From: a virus
Lineage: Duplodnaviria > Caudoviricetes
Direction: 5' to 3' (one strand)
DNA length: 64,000 nucleotides
IMG/VR virus record: IMGVR_UViG_3300046010_012285
Coordinates: 6,598-70,597 of that record
The notes beneath the pieces were generated by a model, which worked only from the letters and a program-made list of their open reading frames with translations, was not told the origin of the DNA and did no database searches. Positions within the stretch are counted from its first letter, which is position 1; each line of letters starts with the position of its first letter. Of the stretch, positions 7,946 through 16,803 are shown one piece after another. Both the position numbers and the translations under genes were made by a program.

Positions 7946-9058
7946 TCAAAAATTGGTTTCGCGTCCGGTGATGAAATACTGGGAGATTGGAAGCGCACCA
8001 TTGTCGTCGGAGCACTCAAAGATGTAATCGTCATCGCGGAGCATATGGAAAATCTGGTCACAAGACAGATCGTAATCCTTCATGCGGCTCTGAATCTGCT
8101 TAACGGTCGGGTAGTGACCGTTGTCCTCAAAAAAGTTTTCGATATAGTTCGTCATCTTGAGAAGAAGAACATTGGTCGGAACTGGATCGCAGAAATCGCA
8201 CTTTTCTGGATTGTCGCAGAAGTCGCAGTCGCTTGAAGAATCCTTGATAGTAGGATCAATGCTGTCAGTGTCCTCGGCGTCATTATAAACCGCGCTGGGA
8301 ATCTCCTTGCGCTCTGGAGTGATATCAGAAATCACCTTGTACTTGGAGACGCGCAGCTTCTGGAAACTGCAATCGGTCGGCACGCTAACAGCATCAGCGG
8401 GGTCAACCTCAACCACAAGGAGACGCCCATTGTTGCCCGCCCAATTGTTGGCGTAGTCGTAGCTGCCAACGTGCAGGCCAAAGGAGCAGTGATTGTCCTT
8501 GTTGTCGTCAACAGAGCGGCGAGCGACTTCAATAGTCTCGCCAACGCCATTGTAGATAGAACCGTTTTCGGCAACCTTGCCGCTCACAACAAGCGTGCTC
8601 TTGTTGCCCTGCTTGGAATAAAAAGTATTATCAACTCCCTTGTAGGCCAAGAACTTTCCATCAGCGGTGATGGGCAAGCTCTTGTAGGACAAGAAGGAAT
8701 AGAGTTCGTTGACAGAGTTGGCGGAAGGATTCGCCATCAGACGATCAATAAAATTGATCAAGCTCTGAACGTCCTTTGCTCCCTGTGAGAGCATAGCCAA
8801 GAGCTTCTCGACAACTACACCGTCAAGCTGATGGTTCTTATAGAAGACCTCGCCATTCTTTACGGTAAGGTTGCCAAAACTGGCGTTCTGGATTCTGCTG
8901 GTAACGGAGACCAGCGAGGGAATCGCATCGTAATCCGCATTCAAAATCGCCTTACGAAGATCGGCAAAATTGATGTGCGTATTGTTGATCGTATGAGGCT
9001 TCCCATCAACGAAGACCGTGATGGAATTGTCCTGCATGATGTAGGCGGGCTTGTTCAT
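7946..9058 (-). CDS. rIIB: RIIB-like protein
   Basis: LMANPS...ELYSFL...ITADGKFLAYK...CSFGLHVG...VEVDPADAVSVPTD...KLRVSKYKV; adjacent to rIIA. Confidence 0.85.
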   Translation of the reverse strand: MNKPAYIMQDNSITVFVDGKPHTINNTHINFADLRKAILNADYDAIPSLVSVTSRIQNASFGNLTVKNGEVFYKNHQLDGVVVEKLLAMLSQGAKDVQSLINFIDRLMANPSANSVNELYSFLSYKSLPITADGKFLAYKGVDNTFYSKQGNKSTLVVSGKVAENGSIYNGVGETIEVARRSVDDNKDNHCSFGLHVGSYDYANNWAGNNGRLLVVEVDPADAVSVPTDCSFQKLRVSKYKVISDITPERKEIPSAVYNDAEDTDSIDPTIKDSSSDCDFCDNPEKCDFCDPVPTNVLLLKMTNYIENFFEDNGHYPTVKQIQSRMKDYDLSCDQIFHMLRDDDYIFECSDDNGALPISQYFITGRETNF

Positions 9059-9089
9059 GTTATTTATGATTATTTACAGTTGAGGTTTA

Positions 9090-11141
9090 TCAAGAATTAT
9101 TGTCGATAAAATTAATGTAGTCGATTACCTTGTCCATAGTGGCTTGATCAGCATAGCCATATCGGCCATTGATGACGATGTTAAGGAGAGGATACTTGGC
9201 ATCAATCTGGGCCATTGCCTCGGTAGCTTCCTTGGTAAAATCAAACTTTTCGGCAGGATTGAACCAGAAGGTTCCAATCTGTTCGATCAGTCTGGTGCAG
9301 GCAAGCTGTGCATCTGAACTGTCGTTTTTTAAAGTCATGTTCGACGCATACTTGCAAACAATGTTGTCTTTCGGAAGCTTGCCAGAATCTGCAAGCGCAA
9401 CGAACGGAGTCCGATAAGAGCACAAGCTGAGATAAGCTCTCTTCTTCGCGTAGAGGGACAACTCGGCGTTGATCTCTTGTATTTTCTTTTCGCAAGCAGC
9501 GAGGAAAAGAGCAGAAAGATTTTTGGCATTGCTGGGCAGAGACGAGTCGTCAATCACGCCGTAAATCTTGTCAACTCCGGTGACGCCAACTGCTTCGCAA
9601 GCACTGAAAACCTTGTAGACCTCAAACTTTTCAACTTCACTCTGGATTCCAAACTTAGCCGTACCCTTATTAGAGCGGCCTCCGGTGCTAGGCACAGAGA
9701 TTTTAATGTAAAAAAAATCAGTGTTAGGGGCGCCAATCTTATTGTAGAAGTCAACGTGATGAGTGTTCTTTTCGGCAAGCAGGCGAACATTACCAGCCTT
9801 TTGCTTCTTCTCCTTGGTAAAAGCCTCTACTTTGGAGGTATAAAAAACCCTGTCAGAAGAGAAAGTGTCGATAAAGAAATGCTCCGTCGCAGCTTCCTTA
9901 CTCACAACAACAACGGATTGAGTCTTATTCTCGCGGAGAATGGTCTCAGCCTTTTGCATTAGACTACCCTTTTCGCCTTCGTCAACCAGAAGAGCATAGT
10001 TGCTCGATCCAAAGCCAATAGGCTCAACCCGAAAAGAACTCTTCTTCAGCGGTCTGATGTTCTTGTTCCTGTTCAGAGTGTAAGCCTTGTAAGAATCATC
10101 GGGCAAACAGAACGAAAGGACTGCCTTGCGATTTTTATTGAAATAAAAAGCGTGGTCAGAGAGAACCCTAGTAAGCCTGTGCTTTCTCACAGAAAACAGC
10201 TTATTCATAAACCCTAATCCATCAGAAAAAGAATCAAGCTCGTTCTGAACAGAAGCTGCGAGTTCGCTGATGAAAAGGTTGATCCGAGTAGTAATGAACT
10301 TCTTGCAGTGCTCGGTATACTCAAGCGACTCTCTGGAGTGGTGCAGGGGAACAGAACCAACCGGAGCGAAAAGAACCAGTCCAACGGTATAAGACCAGTC
10401 TTTGAGCATAGGGTGATCCAACGGAATGCAAGCGTCGATCTTGATGGGATAAGCGATGCCGCCCATCACAATGAAATTATCTGTAAGGCTCGACACTGCC
10501 CACTTATCGGTCTTAATCAGCCATTCAATTTTGTTAACCTGCAAATCAGCAACATACGAATTGCGATCTTGAAAACGCAAGACGCTGTTGAGCGCAGTTT
10601 GAAAAGAGCTAACATCATCGAACTTGACTGCAACATTGATCTCCAAGCCAGACGGCTCGTTCGACTCGCATCGATTCAGCATCGAAAAACGAGTGTCGCC
10701 GTGCTCGTCAACGTAAACCATCACGGTCAAAGCTTCGCCGCCGTGATAAGAGATAACAGTAAAAGAATCAGTGTAAGACAGGGGCGCAAAGCGACCGATA
10801 CCAAACCCGCCAATGCAGGCATTATCAGAACGCTTGGTCGAGCGACCATACTTGGTGTAGAGACCAAAGAGGTCAGCTTCAGAGAGGCCAGCACCAAAGT
10901 CGCGGACCTTAAAAATGGCATCAATCCTATTGGGACACTGAATGGAAATGGGTTGCGAAGAGCCGCGATTCGCATCGAGTGCGTTGGCGACGATCTCACG
11001 AACCGTAGCGAGAATCGGCTCGGAATAGTTGTTCCGCAGGAGAGAGGAGACGTACCTCATCTCCTGCTGGTCAATGGTAGCGATTTCGCTACGGAAGTCG
11101 TGAGACTCGACGACGTTCTTTTGGATGGTTTTGACAATCAT
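9090..11141 (-). CDS. rIIA: RIIA-like protein (GHKL/HSP90-like N-terminal ATPase)
   Basis: REIVANALDA, DFGAGLS, YGRSTKR...IGGFGIGRFAPLSYTDSF. Confidence 0.88.
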   Translation of the reverse strand: MIVKTIQKNVVESHDFRSEIATIDQQEMRYVSSLLRNNYSEPILATVREIVANALDANRGSSQPISIQCPNRIDAIFKVRDFGAGLSEADLFGLYTKYGRSTKRSDNACIGGFGIGRFAPLSYTDSFTVISYHGGEALTVMVYVDEHGDTRFSMLNRCESNEPSGLEINVAVKFDDVSSFQTALNSVLRFQDRNSYVADLQVNKIEWLIKTDKWAVSSLTDNFIVMGGIAYPIKIDACIPLDHPMLKDWSYTVGLVLFAPVGSVPLHHSRESLEYTEHCKKFITTRINLFISELAASVQNELDSFSDGLGFMNKLFSVRKHRLTRVLSDHAFYFNKNRKAVLSFCLPDDSYKAYTLNRNKNIRPLKKSSFRVEPIGFGSSNYALLVDEGEKGSLMQKAETILRENKTQSVVVVSKEAATEHFFIDTFSSDRVFYTSKVEAFTKEKKQKAGNVRLLAEKNTHHVDFYNKIGAPNTDFFYIKISVPSTGGRSNKGTAKFGIQSEVEKFEVYKVFSACEAVGVTGVDKIYGVIDDSSLPSNAKNLSALFLAACEKKIQEINAELSLYAKKRAYLSLCSYRTPFVALADSGKLPKDNIVCKYASNMTLKNDSSDAQLACTRLIEQIGTFWFNPAEKFDFTKEATEAMAQIDAKYPLLNIVINGRYGYADQATMDKVIDYINFIDNNS

Positions 11142-11154
11142 TGGAGCAATTTGA

Positions 11155-11160
11155 TTACAC
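11155..11160 (-). promoter_or_regulatory. GTGTAA motif, 13 nt before the rIIA start
   Basis: Read directly. Confidence 0.4.
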
Positions 11161-11164
11161 CCCT

Positions 11165-11193
11165 AATATGCCACAGGGGGCGGGTTCCGTCAA
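11165..11193 (-). promoter_or_regulatory. sigma70-like promoter TTGACG-N17-CATATT upstream of rIIA
   Basis: Read directly. Confidence 0.5.
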
Positions 11194-11426
11194 GAAGTTT
11201 TCTTAACTTTTTCTGAAGAAATTTCTAGAACCTTATCTTCCAGCCACTTACGCTCAGTTTCTGACAAGACTTCGACGGCCAGAATGAAATCGTCCTTGAA
11301 CGAGGTGTTCGTAATTCTGAACTCCGCTTGGTATTTAAAATTCTTTAAAAATTCAGCGTTGAGAGTATTGTAGAGAGCGTATACTTCTTGAACACTCTTT
11401 GAAGAAAATACGGGATGGAACTTCAT
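11190..11426 (-). CDS. hypothetical protein
   Basis: 78-aa ORF. Confidence 0.6.
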   Translation of the reverse strand: MKFHPVFSSKSVQEVYALYNTLNAEFLKNFKYQAEFRITNTSFKDDFILAVEVLSETERKWLEDKVLEISSEKVKKTS

Positions 11427-11437
11427 TTTAATTGATT

Positions 11438-11779
11438 TTAATTTGCAGGCTCAAAAGAAAGCGCGAGCAGCTTCTTGTAAGTCGTAAGATTCTTGATGTG
11501 AATCCAAACCTTTCCTTGCTCCATAATCTGCTCGTCGGTCATACCTTCTGACACAAGGTGGTGGATTAGATTTTCGTTCAAAGCAAGAAACTCAACCTTA
11601 CGTGAATTGAAATTCCAAGCGATAACGCTAGAAAGGCTCTGCATTAATACTCTGTAACCAGTGAAAGATTTTTGTTGGCTTTCATGCTCTAGGTTGATTG
11701 CATCAATTTCAAATGGAATATTTTTTTCACTTAAAAAAGCTGCGACTTTATCTCTTGTGCTGTCTATTTTGCTTTGCAT
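11438..11779 (-). CDS. hypothetical protein
   Basis: 113-aa ORF overlapping the end of uvsE. Confidence 0.6.
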   Translation of the reverse strand: MQSKIDSTRDKVAAFLSEKNIPFEIDAINLEHESQQKSFTGYRVLMQSLSSVIAWNFNSRKVEFLALNENLIHHLVSEGMTDEQIMEQGKVWIHIKNLTTYKKLLALSFEPAN

Positions 11780-12666
11780 TGTTGGAGGATATGAATAATT
11801 GCGTGATCTTTGGCTTTGAGTTCTACGTCAAAGAATACGGGCTTACCGTAGGAATTGGGAATACCTGTGGGCATATCGGCGTGTTTGCGTGTGCCATTGA
11901 CACCTTCGGAGTAATGAAACAAAGGGGCAAGAGGCCAAGTAGAGTAAGCGAGGTGAAAATCAGTAGAGTCATCATTGCCGTGATTGCAGAATTGGCGATG
12001 CAGAGAATCGTAAGTGATAGGAATGCCAGATGTCAAGTAAAAGTACTGGAAAAGATTACGAATAGACCAAGTGCCGCTAACATTATCGTTGACCTCGACA
12101 ACAAGACGACTGCGAACATTAGCGGGCAAGGTGTTGAAGACAGACAGAAAACGTTGGGAAATTTCTACTGGATCGCCGTCTTGGCGACAATGAATGTTGA
12201 GTGGCGAGCGATAGTCTTGGGGCAAGCCGATAAGGTCAAAAAGGTTGGCGTGCTGAGTGAGGTCGTCAACGCTATTACGAATAGCGGCAGGGTCAAGGCT
12301 AGTAAGCGTGATGTATTCTGAAGGGTGAGCAGAAACGCGAACGCCGGTAAGCTTGATGGTGCGAGAGATGGCGTCAAGAGCAGCGCGAATGTCGGACCAA
12401 TTGGGCAAATCTTGCAGGCGCAAGTTGACTATGGGGTGAGAGATGACAGGTACGAGCGTAGAGGAGAGTCGGTAGCCAGCAATACCGCAATTCGCGCAGT
12501 ATTGAATAATGGCGTTGGTAACAATAAAATTGTTTAGGATGCGTTCGCTGAGAATGCGAACAGCGTCGGCGCGAGGCAGCGCAAGGAAACGAGTCAGAGT
12601 CATAGTCTGAAACTTGATTCCGCGCTCGGCAAGAACGTTGGAGATGCAGCAAAGTGAGAGTTGCAT
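11764..12666 (-). CDS. uvsE: UV damage endonuclease
   Basis: SLCCIS, YRLSS, RVSAHPSEY, LVVEVND, PITYDSLH, PLFHYSEG, HAD, DVELKAKD; start set at MQLSLCC. Confidence 0.9.
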   Translation of the reverse strand: MQLSLCCISNVLAERGIKFQTMTLTRFLALPRADAVRILSERILNNFIVTNAIIQYCANCGIAGYRLSSTLVPVISHPIVNLRLQDLPNWSDIRAALDAISRTIKLTGVRVSAHPSEYITLTSLDPAAIRNSVDDLTQHANLFDLIGLPQDYRSPLNIHCRQDGDPVEISQRFLSVFNTLPANVRSRLVVEVNDNVSGTWSIRNLFQYFYLTSGIPITYDSLHRQFCNHGNDDSTDFHLAYSTWPLAPLFHYSEGVNGTRKHADMPTGIPNSYGKPVFFDVELKAKDHAIIHILQQCKAK

Positions 12667-12671
12667 ACTGG

Positions 12672-13064
12672 TTAAGTTACGCAAGAATGTGCTTCTGTCA
12701 ATAGATTTTTTTGATTATTTTTTCTTTCCTTAGCTATCGCTTTAAGTTCTGACCGAGTGACTAATTTTAAATTTTCTCTACGGTTGTCCATTCTGTTGCC
12801 ATTGATGTGGGTTACGCAAAATCTTCTGCTTCTTTCGGGATTCCATAACATTCTGTCCGCAATTTCCAAATGAACAGCAAACAAAAAATCCTGTTGGCAT
12901 CTTAGCTGCAAAAATCCGTCATCATTTATCAAATCGGCTAAATGCGACCTCAAATCTTCATCTTCTGGAGAAAAAAAGATTTTTGATTGATCAATATTTT
13001 TAAACTGCCTATTGAAAAATTTATTGTGAATATACTTGTATCTAGTTGGAATGTAGTGGCCCAT
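12672..13064 (-). CDS. HNH endonuclease (HNH_3-like, possibly degenerate)
   Basis: VTHINGNRMDNRRENLKLVTRSEL; the final Asn of the motif appears to be replaced by Leu. Confidence 0.7.
   Translation of the reverse strand: MGHYIPTRYKYIHNKFFNRQFKNIDQSKIFFSPEDEDLRSHLADLINDDGFLQLRCQQDFLFAVHLEIADRMLWNPERSRRFCVTHINGNRMDNRRENLKLVTRSELKAIAKERKNNQKNLLTEAHSCVT
12674..12701 (-). promoter_or_regulatory. sigma70-like promoter TTGACA-N16-TAACTT, 7 nt before the uvsE ATG
   Basis: Read directly; embedded in the 3' end of the HNH gene. Confidence 0.6.
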
Positions 13065-13072
13065 TTTTTTTA

Positions 13073-13561
13073 TTAATTAGAAGTTAACTGTTCGATTTTT
13101 AAATTGTAGCAGCTTGACGGGAAAACGTATTTGTCTCCTCTGGGATCGGGATCGAAGTCGCCGCCATTAAAGAATGTAGCCTGCTCAAAAAAATCCTTCT
13201 TCTTGATGTAGCCGAGAATCCAGCCCCTGCTGTAGTCTCCAAAGATACTGGTGAATAGGTAGTAGTCGCATTTCTGCTTAGTGTTGTATTCTTTCACCGT
13301 ACAGTTGTACCAAGGCTGCGGCACAACGTTGCGCTCTTTGGATTTAATTTCAAATAAAAATAGCTTGGGCGAGATCCAGTCGAAATCGAAGCTCATATCC
13401 GATACGATTCTGCCGCCCCAAGTCTTCTGAACCATAAGGTCAGACAATGCGGCTATCTTAGTTCCGTGATTATTTGTGTCCGAATTATTCAAAATTGGAA
13501 CTTGCGCGGCTCTTTCCAAAGCCTCGCTGATCATATCTTGATTTATTTCGACCTCAATCAT
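13073..13561 (-). CDS. PD-(D/E)XK restriction-endonuclease-like protein
   Basis: DFD...FEIKSK catalytic pattern, then CDYYLF and GWILGYI. Confidence 0.6.
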   Translation of the reverse strand: MIEVEINQDMISEALERAAQVPILNNSDTNNHGTKIAALSDLMVQKTWGGRIVSDMSFDFDWISPKLFLFEIKSKERNVVPQPWYNCTVKEYNTKQKCDYYLFTSIFGDYSRGWILGYIKKKDFFEQATFFNGGDFDPDPRGDKYVFPSSCYNLKIEQLTSN

Positions 13562-14214
13562 TCGTTATTTTTAAATTGATAAAAGTAGTCGTAGTTGTCT
13601 TCTGCGACCCACTTGCCTTTACCCTCACAGGTGAACTCCCCATCAAATACCTTCCAGTCGGGCCTCTTGTCAAGCTTTTTGGAAATAAAAGCACCGCCAT
13701 CTTTCCAGATCACTCGGTTGTTTGGCTGTAGGAATAGCTGATTAACCGCATCACCTTTCTTATTCTGTAGTCCCCAGATGAGGTGGCCGCACTTGTGGCC
13801 CCCAGCCATTTCAGAATAGCCGTAGGCAGCGTCAGGGTTATCATGCCAGTCTATCGTGAATAGATATTTGCCCTCAATCCATTCACGATTTTTTAGCTGT
13901 ACTTCAACCGAGGCGTTCTTGTGATACTCGTATCTCGTAACTGAAAGAGAGTTGGAGAAACAGTCCCAAAGTTGCAGCCAATCAAGATCAAACTTGGAGT
14001 GTTCTGGGTCTTTAACCAGATAATGAATTGGCACTCTATCGTGCCTCGACCCAAACTCCGTCATGATTTGGAACATCAAGCATCGTCTAGTTAAAGATGT
14101 GATGCCAAACACTTCACAAGGAATGTATTCTGTATTTTTATTAGTATTATTATACAGAAAATCACTCTTCAGATAAGCAAAGAACGTCGGAATGTTTGAG
14201 TTGAGGTGCGGCAT
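13558..14214 (-). CDS. conserved phage hypothetical protein
   Basis: LNSNIP...LQLWDCFS...GKYLFTIDW...HKCGH...QPNNRVIW pattern recalled from other phage proteins. Confidence 0.7.
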   Translation of the reverse strand: MPHLNSNIPTFFAYLKSDFLYNNTNKNTEYIPCEVFGITSLTRRCLMFQIMTEFGSRHDRVPIHYLVKDPEHSKFDLDWLQLWDCFSNSLSVTRYEYHKNASVEVQLKNREWIEGKYLFTIDWHDNPDAAYGYSEMAGGHKCGHLIWGLQNKKGDAVNQLFLQPNNRVIWKDGGAFISKKLDKRPDWKVFDGEFTCEGKGKWVAEDNYDYFYQFKNNE

Positions 14215-14222
14215 TATTAAAA

Positions 14223-14867
14223 TTAAATCTTTTTGGACTTATTTGCCTTTTTTGGATTCTTGTTTTTGACAAAAGCCTCCATTTGTTCGATTGTCATAAT
14301 ATCAAGTTCAGTCGTGATGTACTTGTAAAAATCGGGAAAACACTCTTTTAGCATCTTGAGGTTAACTACGCTGGAGTCCATTGATGGGCGATTAAAAGAA
14401 TTATAAAGAATTCGGATAGCCGTCTCGTCGCCTTTGATTACGGATTGACGCAGTTCTGGAGACAAGAAGAACGAAATGAAGCATTCTTGTAAACTACTGG
14501 TAATCATTTTCACGCCAACTTCGTACTGCTCCTGCTGAGAAAAGAACATATCAATAGGAATGTTCCAAGCCAACATCGGCGTATTCTCGTAATGGATAAA
14601 AATCTTTAGATTCTTTTCTTTGATCTCGGCCCAGACAACTTCGCCAAGATAATTATGGCAGACCTTGAAAAATTCCGAGATACTATCGCGGATTTTATCG
14701 TCAGCCTCAAGCTTGGTCATTTCGCTGGCAGCAATCCGCGTCGTGTCAATGATTGCTTTCTTAAAATTCTTTCGGGTGATCTTGCGATCAAGCAGTGTCT
14801 CAAAGTCAGCTTTGACCTTTAAAAACTCTTCGTATACCTTGTCCTCTTGTTCTTTTAACGTCATCAT
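14223..14867 (-). CDS. hypothetical protein
   Basis: 214-aa ORF. Confidence 0.7.
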   Translation of the reverse strand: MMTLKEQEDKVYEEFLKVKADFETLLDRKITRKNFKKAIIDTTRIAASEMTKLEADDKIRDSISEFFKVCHNYLGEVVWAEIKEKNLKIFIHYENTPMLAWNIPIDMFFSQQEQYEVGVKMITSSLQECFISFFLSPELRQSVIKGDETAIRILYNSFNRPSMDSSVVNLKMLKECFPDFYKYITTELDIMTIEQMEAFVKNKNPKKANKSKKI

Positions 14868-15091
14868 AGTTGATTTTCGTGCTTATCAAAATATGGTAAA
14901 ATATCTCGGGTGATTTTTAATAGCCATCCGCAGGAAGTTTGCCAGTGTTCGATCTCACTGTCCCACATATCCTTCATTCGGCTTACTACCCGAATAGAGT
15001 CGTGCTTGTAGAGAGTGACTTGTTGACCAGTTCTGCCACAGATCAACTGGTCTCCAAACACGTTGAAGGTTGTATTTATTTTGTACGTCAT
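14864..15091 (-). CDS. hypothetical protein
   Basis: Start set at MTYKIN, which gives ATGA coupling with the upstream ORF. Confidence 0.55.
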   Translation of the reverse strand: MTYKINTTFNVFGDQLICGRTGQQVTLYKHDSIRVVSRMKDMWDSEIEHWQTSCGWLLKITRDILPYFDKHENQL

Positions 15092-15360
15092 TGTTGTAAA
15101 ACTAGTCTGATTTGGCATAGGTAAGCTTCTGGACTAACCGAGAACCAGCCCTTAATTTCAAGCTCTTGAGTGAAGAAACTTGTCTCATTAACTTGAATTT
15201 CGCCCTCAATGCCGAGTTCTGGCACTGAAATTAAAATATAGTTATTATTTGAGATAACTTTGGCTTTTGACAAGAGGTCGATTTCATACTGCTTTTCGAC
15301 ATCGACTCCGAGGTGCTTTGCTGACTTTTGCGTCAGTTCAATTCGTCCTTTGAATTTCAT
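15088..15360 (-). CDS. hypothetical protein
   Basis: 90 aa, 4-nt overlap with the BGT-like gene. Confidence 0.6.
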   Translation of the reverse strand: MKFKGRIELTQKSAKHLGVDVEKQYEIDLLSKAKVISNNNYILISVPELGIEGEIQVNETSFFTQELEIKGWFSVSPEAYLCQIRLVLQQ

Positions 15361-16349
15361 AGAAGAAAATCTTTTATTTGCTTGATTGCGGTTCGTTTTT
15401 CACTAATCGCCTGATCGAAGAATGTCTGTTGATGCATCAGGTTTGCTTGAAAAGCAAGAGATTCTGCATAATTAGTGATGCCATTTTTCAGTTTTTCACC
15501 ATCGATAATCAAACGGTCAGGAATCGTATAGCCACACTTTTGAATAGTGTTTGAGCAATCGGCATCGAATAGCATAACAACGTCTGCCATCAAAGCTTCA
15601 TAAAAGCGATTAGCCAGAAATGCATAATTTTTATGCGTATGCTCGTCCTCCATATAAATGGAGTACTTAAATTTGCGAAGATCTTCGTTATTCTTCTGCC
15701 ATTCAAGTTTAGGCATATAGTTGCAATTGCAGCCAAGGGCTTGGAATTTTTTCCAATTCTTATTGGAAGCAGAAAGAAATACTCCTTCCCTCAAGAACTT
15801 TTTAAAGGATTCGGCTCGCCATTTACGGTAGGTGCCATAATAAATTACGCCATTCTTTTGCGAATGGTCAACTGGTTTTCTGTTCTCGTCCATAATCAAC
15901 GAGTTCAGATTAACGGTCAGCCACTTATAGATAAAGTCGTTAAGTTTTCTATTTGCAATATTCTTGTTCAAGATCCAGTGGCGATATCCTTCTCTGGGAT
16001 TGTTGCAGATCATGTCGTATACCAAGCCCATATTGACCACGCCCCAACGTAAAAGCTGATTGTCTTCAATATCGTGATCGTTTACAAGCCAGATATACCT
16101 TGCCTTGGGGTTCTTCTCTAGAACCTGACGATAAGGTACATGGGGCATATAAGGCGAGGCATAGCAGCAGATGATGATATCGTACTGCTTCTTTAATACT
16201 TCTGGTAGGAAATATTCGCCATCAAGAAGATCGGCGCCAAGAGCATTCTTCAAGATTAAGCTATTTCGACAATGTACGATGGAAGTGTCGCTATAATCCT
16301 CTGCCAGCGGTTTACGCTTGCTAGTAGCTTCAATAATCAATATATTCAT
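15357..16349 (-). CDS. T4 DNA beta-glucosyltransferase (BGT)-like GT-B enzyme
   Basis: YIWLVND ~ T4 YYLFTD; VIYYGTYRKWR ~ VIYGGSFRSGQR; EDEH...ANRFYEALMADVVMLFD ~ GDKN...TLRVWETMASDAVMLID; similar length. Confidence 0.75.
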   Translation of the reverse strand: MNILIIEATSKRKPLAEDYSDTSIVHCRNSLILKNALGADLLDGEYFLPEVLKKQYDIIICCYASPYMPHVPYRQVLEKNPKARYIWLVNDHDIEDNQLLRWGVVNMGLVYDMICNNPREGYRHWILNKNIANRKLNDFIYKWLTVNLNSLIMDENRKPVDHSQKNGVIYYGTYRKWRAESFKKFLREGVFLSASNKNWKKFQALGCNCNYMPKLEWQKNNEDLRKFKYSIYMEDEHTHKNYAFLANRFYEALMADVVMLFDADCSNTIQKCGYTIPDRLIIDGEKLKNGITNYAESLAFQANLMHQQTFFDQAISEKRTAIKQIKDFLL

Positions 16350-16379
16350 TAGATTGGGTATAAGTATTTAAAAATTTCT

Positions 16380-16754
16380 TTAGGCTTTTTCGAATTGCCC
16401 TTGTTCATTAGAATAATAAATCTCTTTAAAACTAACGTCATTTAGAAGCTTTTGGCAGTGCTTGCACGGCTTACCCATAGCAACTTTATTATTCCTGTCA
16501 ATACGAAATGTAACTAAGGTATGCCTTGAGTGGTCTATGTTCCCTGACTTAATAACGGCGCAAGCTTCTGCGTGTAAACCACTTCCATCAAAGTAGCCAT
16601 ACTTTTGGTTAATTGGATGAGATTTTTTGGAGTTGCGTCCAATAGAAACTATTTTGCTTTTGTTTAGGATAAAAGCGAAGTGGCGACAACGCAATTCAAT
16701 ATCGTCATAGATTATCAGATTCCTAGCAAGGCTTACCAGTCTGCTTAAATTCAT
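16380..16754 (-). CDS. zinc-dependent cytidine/dCMP deaminase-like protein
   Basis: HAE...KPCKHC motif; start set at MNLSRL because the longer TTG start is the -35 box. Confidence 0.85.
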   Translation of the reverse strand: MNLSRLVSLARNLIIYDDIELRCRHFAFILNKSKIVSIGRNSKKSHPINQKYGYFDGSGLHAEACAVIKSGNIDHSRHTLVTFRIDRNNKVAMGKPCKHCQKLLNDVSFKEIYYSNEQGQFEKA

Positions 16755-16761
16755 TGCTATG

Positions 16762-16790
16762 AATTTAAAGGGCTCTTTGCCCTTTGTCAA
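16762..16790 (-). promoter_or_regulatory. sigma70-like promoter TTGACA-N17-TAAATT, 7 nt before the deaminase ATG
   Basis: Read directly; the spacer contains the inverted repeat AAGGGC/GCCCTT. Confidence 0.65.
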
Positions 16791-16803
16791 GCCTTTTTGA
16801 GAG

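Noticed and set aside
9059-9093. Promoter TTGATA 29 nt before the rIIB ATG
   Set aside because: The geometry matches the leaderless class, but both boxes are weak, so it was not called.
10308-11216. 302-aa plus-strand ORF
   Set aside because: It is antisense to rIIA, has no motifs, and is explained by codon bias of the real gene.
11698-12321. 207-aa plus-strand ORF
   Set aside because: It is antisense to uvsE. The same reasoning applies to the other shadow ORFs in rIIA/B, nrdAB, dnaE, dnaB and J.
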